Source: Felis catus (taxonomy: Eukaryota). From it: a DNA stretch of 64,000 bases. A program made the position numbers and the translations under genes. Every line of letters begins with the position of its first letter. The first letter of the stretch is position 1. Below are positions 13,465 through 26,339 of the stretch, piece by piece. The notes under the pieces are model-generated. The model was not told the origin of the DNA. It saw nothing but the letters and a program-made list of their open reading frames with translations, and did not search any database. Where the stretch lies: contig NC_058371.1 of NCBI RefSeq assembly GCF_018350175.1, positions 6,262,001-6,326,000 on the forward strand, written 5' to 3'.

Positions 13465-13703
13465 GGGGCGCCTGGGTGGCTCAGTCGGTTAAGCCTCCGA
13501 CTTCGGCTCAGGTCATGATCTCACGGTCTGTGAGTTCGAGCCCCGCGTCGGGCTCTGTGCTGACAGCTCAGAGCCTGGAGCCTGTTTCGGATTCTGTGTC
13601 TCCCTCTCTTTCTCTCTCTCTCTGACCCTCCCTCATTCATGCTCTGTCTCTCTCTGTCTCAAAAATAAATAAACGTTAAAAAAAAATTAAAAAAAATAAA
13701 AAA
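13465..13703 (+). mobile_element. Young feline CanSINE with TSD
   Basis: Near-consensus full length; TSD ATAAAACATTTCCA at 13451-13464 and 13704-13717. Confidence 0.98.
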
Positions 13704-13821
13704 ATAAAACATTTCCATGTATCACCTGGTAAAAGAATTGAAACTGTATAAAGAACTCTCAAATCTCAAAAATAAGAAACAACCCAAACAAAAAAATAGC
13801 CAAAGGCATTTTCAAAACAAT

Positions 13822-14018
13822 CTTTTATGTATTTATTTTGAAAGAGAGTGCACACAAGTTGAAGAGGGGCAGAGAGATGGAGAGAAGCCCCCAAGCAAGC
13901 TCCAAGCTGTCAGTGCATAGCCTGACACTTGGCTCGATATCATGAACCCATGAGATCATGACCTGAGCCAAAACCAAGAGTCATGTGTTTAACTGACTGA
14001 ACCACCCAGGTGCATCCC
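13822..14018 (-). mobile_element. Older CanSINE
   Basis: Diverged reverse-complement consensus. Confidence 0.9.
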
Positions 14019-14699
14019 ATAAGCATTATTTGAACACTCTACCAAAGATACAAAGGTGAAAAGATGCTCAATATCATTAGAGAAATAAAATTTGCAGCCA
14101 CAGTGAGGTACCGGCACACGTTTAATAAAACGGCTAAATAATAGAATATGTCAACAGATCCTCCAGCAAAGATGCAGAGCACCTGAGCCCTTGTACACTG
14201 CTGGTGAGGGTGGAAGGTGGTATGGCTATTCTGGAAAATGGTTGGGACGTTTTACATGAAGTTCAATGTATATTCACCATGTCACTCAGCAACCCGGCTC
14301 TGAGGTGTTTGCCTTAGGGAAATGAAAGCTCATGCTCACACAAGAATCTGTACCTGAAGATTTGTAACAGCTTTGCTCATAATCACGAAAACCTGGCAAC
14401 AGCACTGATGTCCCTCAGTGGGTGAATATGGATAAGCAAACCATCCTTCCATATTGTGGAATACTGCTCAGTAATAAAAGACAGCAGTGATGCCTGCCAC
14501 AACGTGGGTGAATCTCTTGCCTTGTGGGCTGCCTTCTGGTGAACCAGCTGGCCTCAGGGTAGGATGGTCTCCTCAGTGGGGCTGCCCTGAGGTACGCCTC
14601 CACCAGACGTACCCGCTTCTCCCACAGGACCCCAGGCCTCCAGGTGTCGAGCTGTTGGCGTTTCCAGGCAGCTCCTAAAAGTCAGCCCTCCAGATCTAG

Positions 14700-15130
14700 C
14701 CTGTGAAGTGCTGACTGCTACAATGGGGCAGAATCTCAAAGGCAGGAACAGTGTGTTGAGGTTCACCAAGAGGAGAAGTGGTAGATGAGACAAGAGAGCC
14801 AGATGGTGAAGACACCTTGGCCGTGGTGAAGTCCTTGGGTTATATTCCTTGTGTCATGATGAGCTATCAGAAAGTTTATGTCCAGGGAGTGAGATGCTAT
14901 GACCTGTGTTGTTCAAAGGGTGGTGGCTGCTGTGTGGAGAACTTACCGTGGGGAAGAAAGAATAGCATCAGAGTATATGCCGGCAGATTGTTGCCTTAGT
15001 ATCCCAGTGAGAAAAAACCACAGCTTAGACTGGGTGGCAAGACACTCTCTGATTTGGACAATACTAGGAGGTTGGGGTTCAGGGATAGGCTGCAGGTCGT
15101 GAGGGGACTTGATGGTTTAACAAAGATCCT
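14700..15130 (-). mobile_element. L2 fragment
   Basis: L2 antisense motifs (CAGGGAGTGAGATGCTATGACCTGTGTT; GGCTGCTGTGTGGAGAA). Confidence 0.6.
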
Positions 15131-15497
15131 TTGTGATTTAAGAGGAACCTATTACCATGGGGTTCCCTTTCATCTTGTGTACCAAGAGAGGCGTCATGAA
15201 GCCTGTGAGAGAAGCCAGTGCCAAGACAAGACACAGCCAAGGTGGCACATGCCATCCCATACCGGGAGTCACCTGAACTATGAATCTGGCAAGAGGAACC
15301 CTGCTAGTTTGATGCAACGGCCTCTGCTCCCTCTGGCTCCCACTGATTGCATTCCAAGTGCTGGTAGCACCAAGAGTACACAAGTCACCCATGGACCCTT
15401 GCCAGATGGTCAACCAGCCAGGCCGGAAGCAATTCTCTTAAATATGCATAAGGCGGCACCACCTTGAGTAATTTCTTCTTCTAAAGGGTCCATGGTA

Positions 15498-15975
15498 CTG
15501 CATTAGTTTCCTATGGCTGCTGTGGCCATTTACCAGAATTGTATTGGCTTAAAAACAGCACAGATTTATTCTCTTATGGTTTTGGAGGTTGTAAGTCCAA
15601 AATAGGTTTCACTGGACTCAAGCCAAGGTGTTGTCAGTGCCTCATTCTCTCTGGAATCTATAGGGGAGAGACTTGTTACCTGCATTTTCCAGTTTTAAAG
15701 GCTACATGCATTCCTTGGCTTGTGGCCCCTTCCAGCAGTCACATCCTTCTGACTTCTGTTTCTGTTGTCACACCTCCTCTGACTTCTTGCCTCTATCTTT
15801 GACTTATAAGGACTCTTATGGTCTCATGGGGCCAACCTGGATACTCCAGGATAGCTCCCCATCTCAAGATCCCTAACGTCATTGCATCTGTAACGTCCCT
15901 TTCACCATGGAAGGTAACATATTATCAGATTTGGAGGCTCAGCTGTAGACAGCTTTGGGGAGGGCATCATTCTGC
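15498..15975 (-). mobile_element. MaLR LTR (MLT1-type)
   Basis: ATTAGTTTCCTATGGCTGCTGT...ATTTATTCTCTTATGGTTTTGGAGG...GCATTCCTTGGCTTGTGGCCCC...ATCCCTAAC. Confidence 0.85.
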
Positions 15976-16114
15976 AATCAAGTACAAGTACATTCTGCCA
16001 TAAGTACAAATGCATTAATTCCTGAAGCACCATATTCCACGCTTCATTGTACCTCAGGTTGCTGACTTTTAATTGGTTTGAATTCTGTAAGGATAAGCTT
16101 TAAGAAAGCTTAGA

Positions 16115-16290
16115 AAGATGGAGAGGGTAAATGGCCATGTGAAGAGGCAGAGCTTAGAGTGATGTCTCTACAAGCCAAGGAATGCCAAGGATTTCCAGCA
16201 GCCAAGGGACTCTTGGACCACATTCTCCCTTAGAGCATCCCGAAGGAACCAGTTCTGCCAATGCATTCCTTTAGGACTTCTTGTCTCCAG
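16115..16290 (+). mobile_element. MaLR LTR (MLT1-type) fragment
   Basis: GGCCATGTGAAGAGGCAGAG...CTACAAGCCAAGGAATGCCAAGGA...GAAGGAACCAG. Confidence 0.8.
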
Positions 16291-16583
16291 AGGTGGCTTT
16301 GTTGATTATAAACAAGAAGAAAGACAGTTGAGAAATTAAGAAAACAATAAAGAATAAAATAGTTCACCTTGGGTCTCTGACTATTTTGAAGCTGTCCATG
16401 TTCCTTCATGCTTACTGGGTGATGCTGGCAGGGAGCTAGGTTAACCTGAAGAGGGAGGGCCAGCTATGTGGACTTCCAAGACAAGAACAAAGGCAGGACG
16501 GAGACAGAACTGTAACAGTACTGAACCCTGAGAGCCTTCCTCTGAGTTTTAAAGCTTGCAAAGTAGTGCATGAAAGCATTCAC

Positions 16584-16802
16584 TTAATTTTTTTTTTGAT
16601 TTTTTTCATGTTTATTTATTTTTGAGAGACAGAGCACGAGCCGGGGAGAGGCAGAGAGAGAGGGAGACACAGAATGCGAAGCAGGCTCCAGGCTCTGAGC
16701 TGTCAGCACGGAGCCCGATGTGGGGCTCAAACTCATGAACCACAAGATCATGACCTGAGCTGAAGTTGGACACTTAACCGCCTGAGCCACCCAGGCGCCC
16801 CC
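16584..16802 (-). mobile_element. CanSINE
   Basis: Full-length reverse-complement consensus. Confidence 0.96.
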
Positions 16803-17379
16803 AGTTAATATTTTTAACTAACACACTGTATATACCAGTATAGTGATTTTAAATAGTGATGAAGCAGCGACCTGAACATTTACTGTTACTTTTCCCATAC
16901 TAAGCTACTGATCAAGCCACTGTTACTTCTATAAGGTATGACTTCTGACAGTTTCATATATTTTATATTACCTTCTGCTGGGAAGACCAAAATCAACAAA
17001 TAGTTATTCAGAGAGAATACCTATGCAAGTTGATTCACTGTTTAAATACCTACAGTGAAAATACACATCCGCACACATAGGTAAACACATACATATGCGT
17101 TCTCTTTGGAGGTCCCCAAGTATTTCCATTATAGTATTACCATCATTTACAATGTCCCAATTGGCAGTACATTTACATTAAGATTATTTTGAAATAGAAG
17201 ACTCACAAGACTGTAACACAAGATCCAGGCCTCTGATGTTTTCACAGTTCGTAGGATGATAACATGAAACAAGAGGAAGATAATTGACTACGGGAAAGTT
17301 CGACACCAGGCTACGTGGCCAGCCTCAAATCTGGTGATTTCACCAACCGAAAGTTGAGCCCCCATCCCCGCACAAAGCT

Positions 17380-17570
17380 GGAATAGACCTGGTTGACCTG
17401 CCCGGGTGCTGGGAACAGAAGTCCTTCTCACCAAGCCGCACTTACCGGTGTGCGAGATGGAGCCACGTACAGCACGTCCCCCACAGGATTATGTGAGCGC
17501 TGGGAGTTAAATGCATACAGTGCTCACGGCAGCGACTGGCAGAAAGTGAGAACCTGACAAATGCCAGCCT
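17380..17570 (+). mobile_element. MIR fragment
   Basis: Degenerate MIR core and 3' end. Confidence 0.45.
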
Positions 17571-18341
17571 TAGAACAGAAGTGACAGTGTCTCCAATTCC
17601 CACAAAGAGCTACCGGGATCAGTTACTATCTGTGTCATGGGTTTCGTGCACAGAAAGACTGCATTAACCCTACAATTTAAAAAGATACTTTTTCTCTGGT
17701 CCAGTGGTATCTTTGCCATGGACAGTCCAGCCCGTCCTCGTTAGCACCCAGGAACATCCGTGAAGGCTCCTGAGCACCACAGGCACGTAGGAGTTTGAGG
17801 GACCTGAGAAGGGCACCCTTGCATATCCAGAGGTATTTCAGTATAATTGGAAACTCCACTTATGTCAAAGCCACCGTAGTACTGATTTTCGTATATACTT
17901 TGGCCTTCTCCAGAACCATCAGGGCACAATTGCTGAAAGGGATCACTTTCACATTTTAAGAGTGATAGTTCTGGCATTCGTATCTTTCTAAGAAAACAGC
18001 GACAGACATTGCTTTGCCAGTGATGCCTAAACACTTCCTTACTTGTGAGAAGAACCAATTCCTAAGAAATTGAGAAGGACCAGATCGGCTGTGGCTGAAA
18101 GTAAAATGCCTGTTTGTGTATTCGTGCCACACCGGGGATGACTGGGAAATGTTTCGTCTAGCTGGCCTTGCGTGTTTATTGATTTTAATGGGTTCTTGCT
18201 GACTTGCACTCTTAAGGGAAAAAAAAAAGTTTAGAAATGAACCGAATCTCTTTCCCTGTTTATGTCACTTAAATAAGACAAAGATAGTGACTTCTTCCAT
18301 GGCCTCCCTCCTTTAATTTCCTAAAAACTGCAGTCACACAC

Positions 18342-18545
18342 AGGCGCCTGGGTGGCTCAGTCAGTTGAGCATCTGACTTCAGCTCAGGTCACGATCTCAT
18401 GGTTTGTGGGTTCGAGCCCCGTGTCAGACTCTGTGTCAGCAGCTTGGAGCCCGGAGCTTTCTTCAGATTCTGTGTCTCCCTCTCCCTCCCCAACTTGTGC
18501 TCTCTCTCTCTCTTTCTCAAAAATAAACATTTAAAAATATATATT
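18342..18545 (+). mobile_element. CanSINE
   Basis: Consensus; imperfect TSD TAAAAACTGCAGT. Confidence 0.95.
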
Positions 18546-18572
18546 AAAAACTGCAGTTGCACAAACATAAAC

Positions 18573-18620
18573 TTTTTTTTTAAGTAATCTCTACACCCAA
18601 CATGGGGCTCAAACTCATGC
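18573..18620 (-). mobile_element. Short-type CanSINE 3' fragment
   Basis: TAAGTAATCTCTACACCCAACATGGGGCTCAAACTCA. Confidence 0.8.
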
Positions 18621-21149
18621 ATGATCAATTTTTTTGAGAGAGGATAGCCTCCATTGTCATTAGTAAAGCCAGCCCACATAATTTCTAAAGCTCAGTACAC
18701 AGTATAATGTTCATCTGCAACTTGTGTATGACTTGAGATGTGAATTCCATATCTCAGGTTTCTTTTAGGATCAAGATTTGAAGCATCCATATGATATACT
18801 TCAAGGACCACATTGTCTTTGTGTAAAGGAATGACTCTCTCTGTCTCTGTCTCTGTCTCTTTCTCTCTGTGGTCCCCCTCCTTTTTTCCTTGTCCCCAAT
18901 GCAATTTGGGGGATTCTTAAAATATTCTTTTTGGCTAGCTGTATAAGCTTGCCTCCAAGAAAAACATTACTGAGAATGTTTTTATTTTAGGGTTTGTGTG
19001 GTATTCTCTGGAAATTGCTTGTAAAGGAGCATTCTAGCAGTTCTTTAAAATTAGATGGTTGTATGTGGCCCAGTTAGTCATATAAAAAAAAAAAAAGGTC
19101 ATTTTATAACAAACTTCAGTTTGAATTTTTTATTTAAAAAAAAATTTTTTTTTTTGAAGCCCGTGTTGGCAATTTCTACGTGTTTACAGCGGTTAGAACT
19201 CCCATTGTTCGGCCCGCTGTTTTCAGCAAAGAGAATAACTTGTGCTTTTCCTGCTTCGTGACTGAATTGTCTGGCAGATACAGAGAAATAGAAAACCGTG
19301 TCAGGAGTTGCTCTGTTTCCTATTCGTGGGAGACAGGAAGTAACACAACAGAAAAATAAAGAAATTGATTTGACCAAAGTATCCCTGTAGACCAAAGCTT
19401 TTTTGTCATGTTGTGTTTAAGCACAGTGCTGTGTGAATTCTTTAGAGACCCTGTCTTCTGCCTCTCATGTATTTGGTGTTTCCACCCTTTTCCCCTGACT
19501 TAGCTGTAACTCTTCATGTTCAGTGAAAGGCATTGGGAGACCCTGTGAACAAGGCTTCTTCCTTCCGGCTCCCAATGCATTTAGCCCCATCTCCTTTTCC
19601 AAGACACGGCATAGGACTTGAGGAGTCATTCAGCCTGTATTCAGGTCAAAACAGGTTGGTTCCGAACAGCTTATGAACAAGACTTGATGGCAGAGTTTTA
19701 AAGCCAGATCAGTTGTAAATGCAAATAAGAGCTTCGGTCAGTTCTACAGCCAGATTTCAGGACAGTTTAACTATTAACAAAAGAACAAAAAACACTTTAT
19801 AATCAGTGTTTCATAAATCAAAAGATGATGTCATAATGAGTTGATTTTCTTGAAACAATGTGATTCAGTGTTGGCTTCCTCGCGCTGGATTCAGTAAGCG
19901 GTGCGTCTGAGTTAATTGGTGCAAACATAGAATCGAAGGTCAGAATCAGAATGCAGCCCGTGGTTCACCCAGTCTGGGCCTCTTGTTTGCCAAGAGGAAG
20001 CTGAGTTGCTCTCCTGGTGTTATCACCAGTGGTAGAATCGGGCCTTGAGTGTAGGATTGTCACTGGTGTTCTAGTCCATTACGTTGCCTTCTCAAGACTA
20101 TTTAAAAAGAATCATCTTGAAAACCATTCTCTCTCTCTCTCTCTCTCTTTTTGTTCTACCTTAATTTCTGAGCACATTCTAAGAATAAGGTTTAGACAGA
20201 ATGAACTTGGTGTACCACATTTGTCACTAGGGTTTTTGAGCTGTTTTCTTAAGTTCTCTCTAACATTTATTGGCTACAACCATGTGCTAGGCACTTATAA
20301 TACTAAGCTGACTAAGGTCTACAGCTTGGTTCTTTGATCCCTCATTGGCCTGATTCCAAAGTTCTCTTTACTGTGCCACAGATTATAGCTTGGTAAAGTA
20401 CTTACACTTTAAAAAACATTTTCATATCCACTGTTTCACTGGGTTCTTAGAGAATGTTTTTGCAACAGAGAAGGACCCTGTTTGTGTTTAGTGATGGAGA
20501 CACTAGGAGGAAAAAAAAAAAAACACTTGTCTGACTTGAATGTGGATCTTTGAAACAGTCTTCCTCAAGGCATCGTCCAAAGCAGTGGCTGTAAGTAGTC
20601 ATGTCAAAGTGCACCTGCGTTATGACCTCTCATTATTCACACAATGGATTCTGTTTGTGGAGAGACTGTGGTGTTTCGCTCCTTTCACTGAAGTAGTTCC
20701 TGAAAACTGCCCGCACTCTTGCTCTGCAGAGCCTCACATGAGATGCAGCGGAACCGACCCTTGACACCCCAGGGCATAGGTGGTCCTGTTCACATCCCCC
20801 ACCCTGTCTGCCATCCCTTTGGTTCATCCTGGCAATTCCTCAGGTGTGCTTTTTTTCCCCGCATTGGAGGCATAGTGCTTTCCTAGTTCCATAATCCCAT
20901 GATTGAGGACAGGTGAGAAAAGGTGATTGCCCTGGAAAATCGAGGGCTTTGGTGTTGCGTTTCATGAGAATATCTGAGAAGGTTTGTGAACAGGACCGTG
21001 ATGATCACAGTTTAAAGGAGAGTTCTTTTTGAGAGCAAGAAGTGTGTGAAGTCACTCTGGACACAGCCATTGACTATAGTATGAGTGAGGTTCCTTTGCC
21101 ATTTTCTGGAATTCATAGCTTTATGTTAACAATTCATTCTTTAATGTTA

Positions 21150-21748
21150 TAAAGTGCTAGACAGATCCTAATTAATACACCTGACACACGAAAGCAAGTG
21201 CACAGGTCCTGAAGCTGAGACTTTGTGTGGAAGAGAAAGCCGTGAGGCATTTTGAGTGAGGAGAAGAAGGAGAGGTATTTGGAGAGGCTTTCAGGGACCA
21301 GAGCATGGCTCTGGAGGTCATGATCGGGTGTTTGGAGTATTTTAACTAGAGAGTGACAGGCTTTTGTCTGTCTCGCTTCTATGTAAGGAATGGATTGCAG
21401 AAAGGTAACAGTAAGCAGAGTGACCAGAAGGAGGCAGTTTTGATCAGATATGCTGGCCATGACCAGCATAATGCAGAGAAGCTATCAGACTGGTGTACTT
21501 TTTAGGAAGATCTAACAGGATTTGATAATACATAGTATGTGGGACTAGAGAAGTCACGATGGCTCCTACCTAAATTTTTTACCCGAGCCTCTGAGGGTAG
21601 ATAGTGGTGCCATTTACTGAGGCAGGAAATATTGGGGGAGAAAAATGTTTGAGGTTTGGGGTATAATAAGAAATTCTGATGTGTACATATTGAGTGTGAG
21701 ATTCCTATTAGGCATTCAAGTAGAGATATCACACAATATCACATAGGG

Positions 21749-21797
<49 letters not shown>

Positions 21798-22250
21798 GTA
21801 AAGGTTAGTACTATACATATTCCTTTGGGAGCCATTAGTGCATAGATGGAACAAAAGCCATGGTATCTAGGGAGTGAGTGTATAGTGAGGAGAGAAGTGA
21901 GTTTAACACTGAGCCCCAGGCTGTGCCAACATTTAACAGTTGAGAAAGAGGAGGACAAGCAAGCAAGGGAGACTGAGAAACATCAGGTGGCCCTGAGGAG
22001 AGTGTGATGCTCAGGTAGAGGAGGAACTGTCTCGGGAAGGAGAGTGTATTTGACCACACACACAAATGCTGTAAGGCCAATACTGTGAAGGCAGAGGACC
22101 AGCCATTGGACTTGAGCAGATGGTTGCTCTCAGGAGCCTTGGCAACAGCAAGTGCAATGATGAGGAGGTTGAACAGTAAGTAAAGAGCTGGAAATGGCAC
22201 AACTATTTCTAGATCTCTTGTTGCAAGTGGATCAGAGACATAGGTCCTGG
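21150..22250 (-). mobile_element. L2 fragment of about 1.1 kb with an internal (GT)n
   Basis: GGTGCCATTTACTGAG, GAGATTCCTATTAGGCATTCAAGTAGAGAT and CCATTGGACTTGAGCAGATGG motifs. Confidence 0.8.
21751..21790. repeat. (GT)20 microsatellite
   Basis: Direct reading. Confidence 0.98.
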
Positions 22251-23473
22251 TAGCTGGATGGGGCAACATGAAATATGATGAAAGCTCTGGGAGGTGGCCA
22301 GCTGAAAGATGATATTTCCGGCGCTTGACAATTTGATTTTATCACAGCGAGTTGGGAGTGTGCTTGTGGAGCACCTGAACCTATTGGTGTAGCAGGAAGG
22401 AAGAAACTAGATTGAGGTTATGTCTGTTAAAGGAAAAGGTGCCATATTTGGCAAACAGTTTAAATGGATGAGGCTGAGAATCAGCAAATCAAGAGATTCA
22501 GCTTTGTTTGATACATCGCTGCCCATCCCTTTCAAAATGATGGCCATCAGGGACCACACTGTGTTTGTTTAACTTGGCACATCTCATGCCAGTTCTTAAT
22601 TTCTCTAAACCTCAAGTAATCTCTTTCTTGCCTTACCATTGAAGACTGTAGGACTTCCACTATGGTTGATACCGAGTTGCGTCACAAATTCCAAGCTCAT
22701 TTTTAGAAACAGATTTCAGCTGTTCTTACAGGTGCATCTTTATCTCACTTCTGCAACTTTCTGTTGAGTTCCCCAGTTGTCTTTTCTGACGCCCAGTGAA
22801 ACTGTTCTCATTTTCAGTAACAACACAGAATATCTTAACTTTAGGTTCTCATCAGAAAAATGCAGCCATGATTTGAGGCACTGGGACTTCTTGAACATAG
22901 TTTTTAGCTATCTGTCATTTGCATGTCCTTTTAGGTATCTGTCAGTAATGGTGGGGACATTGTTAGCTCTCCCTTCTTTTAGGTTTCTAAGCTCTGTCCC
23001 CAAGTTAAAATAGATGGCCAAAGAACATCACTCTTGAACTCTGTGTCTGCATAAGAACCTCTGTGAATTAGGCTTTAGTGATAACATTAGGTTTTGAAGA
23101 GAGCTGATGTAAGAAATACCAGATTTTAGACAACTGGCATACGTGCTTCAAAACTGTAGTTGACAATATTGTACGTTTTGCTACCTGACGCTGTCTATGT
23201 ATGATCTACACAATACATTTCTCCTAAAATTCATTGCCCTGGAATGTTCTCTACAGAAAACTTTTTAGGCTTTTCTTTACCAGAGAATGAGAAATTTGTA
23301 ACTAAAAGTGGTTTTGTCCACTGAAATAATAGCTTGCCTTAGATGCATGGTAGAGTTATCAGTTCCATGACAGAAACCTTAGTTCTTTTGAGTTGGTTGT
23401 CTTTCTGACCACTGGAGAGTGCCCTTCAGTGCACAGAGAAATACGTCTCCACCAAATTTTGTTTTATGTAATT

Positions 23474-23586
23474 CTTTTTTTTTAAGATTTTATTTTTAAA
23501 TAATCTCTACACCCAATGTGGGGTTTCAACTCACAACCTCAAGATCAAGAGTCACATGCTTCACCAACTGAGCCAGCCAAACCCCC
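23474..23586 (-). mobile_element. Short tRNA-Lys-like CanSINE lacking the CT tract
   Basis: tRNA-like body + TGTAGAGATTATTTAAAAATAAAATCTT tail; TSD TTATGTAATT. Confidence 0.88.
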
Positions 23587-23674
23587 TTATGTAATTTTTT
23601 TTTTATTTTGGTTTCATCAGATAAATCACAAAACAAGAAAGAATAGTATACAAATACTTCATTCTATTCACAGT

Positions 23675-23930
23675 TTTTTAATTGAAGTGTAAGTGATGTA
23701 TTAGTTTCAGGCATACAACATAATGATTCGACATTTGTTACGTATTGTGAAATGATTGCCACAATAGGTCTATTTAACATCCGTCACCATACATTTTTTT
23801 TTTCTTGTGATGGGAACTTTTAAGATCTACTGTCTTAGCAATTTTCAAATAGTCACCATGATGTACATTACATCTCCATTACTTGTTTATTTTGTAGCTG
23901 GAAGTTTGTATCCTTTGACCTTCACCGATT
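23675..23930 (-). mobile_element. Carnivore LINE-1 3' end fragment
   Basis: TATTAGTTTCAGGCATACAACATAATGATTCGACATTT motif. Confidence 0.8.
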
Positions 23931-24329
23931 TCTGATATACCCTATATACTTTATTGTGGTAGAACGTTTGTTTCAATTGTTAAATTTTAAACAATATTTT
24001 TTGTTGGTACAACTTACTTAGAGATAGCCATACCCTTCTTAGCACAAGAGACTAGGGCAAAATAAAAGAGACTGACTCTTGGCAAAAGAGACTAGGCACA
24101 AGAGACCAGGGCACAAGAGACTCCTTCAAACATAAAAGCAGAATTTCTTTAACGGACCTGGTTATTTAGCAAAATACAAGCTCTTTGAGGGCAGAGACTG
24201 TACCTGTCTTTTCTCACCTGGCCTAGGACCCAGGGTGGAGCTGGAACACAACACATACTTGTTGAATGAGTAAGTGAGTTGGTAGATGACCAAACATACT
24301 TATTTCTTTAAAGATCCCTGGAACTTTTA

Positions 24330-24545
24330 GGGCGCATGGGTGGCTCACTCGGTTAAGCACCTGACTTCGGCTCAGGTCATGATCTCACAGCTCGTGAGTT
24401 TGAGCCTCGCATTGGGCTCTGTGCTGACAGCTCAGGGTCTGGAGCCTGCTTTGGATTCTGTGTCTCCCTCTCTCTCTGTCTCACCCCCCGCTTGCAGTCT
24501 GTCTCTCTCTGTCTCTCAAAAATAAATAAACGGTAAAAAAAAATT
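24330..24545 (+). mobile_element. CanSINE
   Basis: Full-length consensus. Confidence 0.96.
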
Positions 24546-25344
24546 ACAAAATCCCCAGAACTTCTGTTTGCCTCTGATGAGCTAAAAATGTCATATAAAA
24601 ACATTGTACATCATTATAAATTATGAAAGTACCCATGCAGTTCATGATTTTCTTGTTAAAATTCATGAAAATAAGATGACCTGATGCTCTCATTTAAGAA
24701 AAAAAATCTTTACAACTTAAATTCACAGAAAGAATAAGAAACAGTGGTTGTTCTTAGTAGCCATAATATTTGGCTTATTGTCTATGATGGTAATAATAAT
24801 TTCTACTTTGTTTTTCATACACTGAAGTGATGTTTCTGATGTTTGTTTTAGTTACATTGGAATGTGTTATATTTATTTCTTTGTTTTCATTTTGATAAGA
24901 AAAGTACGAGCTTGTGTTATTTATAAAGATGCTTGGACTTCACATGGAAGTATGCTGGTGAAATGCTGGGTCACCCTGGTCTTTGCTTAGCAATGTGTAA
25001 AAAGTGGCTCATAGTGGCCGTTAAGCTCTAACATCCAAGAATAATCCATTTTCATTTTTTCCGGCTGGAAAAGATTAGGTGAGCTATGAGCGGCATAAAT
25101 CTCACTTAAGTGCCTGTGTACTATATAGCGGAACTTTTTTGTAACAATATTTTGAGCATATATCAATGTACGGCGTCTTTTTCCTCTTTCTATCTGGTAT
25201 TTAGTCTCTGTCAGTATCTCTTAAAAAGGAAACAGACTTCTTAACTACTTATTTTTGGTACCTTATTGCTTATCTTATCTGTCTTGGTTAAATAGGTTGT
25301 ATTAAGGTTTTGGTTTCCTGCCACTTTTTTTTTTTTTTTTGAGA

Positions 25345-25520
25345 CAGCCAGAGTGCTTTTTAAACTTAATAACAGATGAGTCCTCTGGGGGTCTTATTAA
25401 ATGCAGATTCTAGTTCAGTAGGTCTGGGTCCTAAGCTTCTTCACTGGCTACCAGCTCCCAGGTGATGTGCAGGTTGCTGGCCCTAGGTCCGTGTGCTGAA
25501 TTGGAAGGTTCTAGAGACCA
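25345..25520. mobile_element. MER5A-like hAT-Charlie MITE
   Basis: TTATTAAATGCAGATTCT...TCAGTAGGTCTGGG...AGCTCCCAGGTGATG motifs. Confidence 0.7.
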
Positions 25521-25884
25521 GCTGGCCATTTCTGGAGGACGAGGTGGCACTGCTTCCAGACATAGACAATGTAGGGACAGGGGCTTTTCCGCCAGGAGGC
25601 TTAGACTCTCTCCGCATGTCAATACAATACTCCACTGTGGGCACAGAGACTTGAAAAGTTTTAGTGAGTTGCTTATAGTCACAGTGATTGAAAATGGTGA
25701 ATTTTAAATTTGAAGTCAGGCTGTCCTCAATTCATAGCCCATAATCTTCCTGGCATCTACTTGTAGAGATAGCCTAGAGAATATTTTTATCTTGTACCAC
25801 CTTAAACTTGGATAACTTTATTCTGTGGCTGCCCACCACTGTATGTGCTTTTGAAAGGTTAACAGATAAGAGACTGAGTTTTAA

Positions 25885-26087
25885 ATATTTTTTTAATACT
25901 TATTTATTTTTAAGAGAGAGAGAGACAGAATGTGAGCAGGGGAGGGGCAGAAAGAGAGAGGGAGACACAGAATCTGAAGCAGGCTCCAGGATCTGAGCCC
26001 GAGACACGGGGCTCCAACTCATGAACTATGAGATCATGACCTGAGCCAAAGTTGGACGCTTAACCGACTGAGCCACCCAGGCGCCCC
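25885..26087 (-). mobile_element. CanSINE with a small internal deletion
   Basis: Consensus lacking the GCTGTCAGCACAG segment. Confidence 0.93.
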
Positions 26088-26339
26088 GAGAGTGCCGTTC
26101 ACTGGCTGTGTGACCTGTAAGGCAGTTACACTCTCGAAGCTTCATTTTCCTTATCTGCAAAATGATCGAAAGGTCATCGAAATAAAGTACTGAGTAAGTT
26201 CTCAATAAATATCAATTATGGTCATTAAACAAGCATTTTTGATACCCGTCAGTAGCCTTCATTCAAATCATACCTTGACCCAGAAGGTCGCATAATGTCT
26301 GACTCGTCAGCTATGGTGTTTGTGGAATACACAAACGTG

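Larger units (their letters stand above)
12880..14510 (+). mobile_element. Old LINE-1 (L1M) ORF2/3' remnants, interrupted by two SINEs
   Basis: Degenerate RT-region sequence (GTAGACAATCCCAAGAAATCTACAAAAAAACTCTTAGAA; TGTTCATGGATTGGAAGACTCA). Confidence 0.85.

Noticed and set aside
15054-15467. 137-aa ORF
   Set aside because: Starts at a non-ATG codon within an L2 remnant; no recognisable domain or splice support.
23474-23586. tRNA-Lys-like sequence
   Set aside because: Degenerate stems, SINE tail and TSD show it is a short CanSINE, not a tRNA gene.
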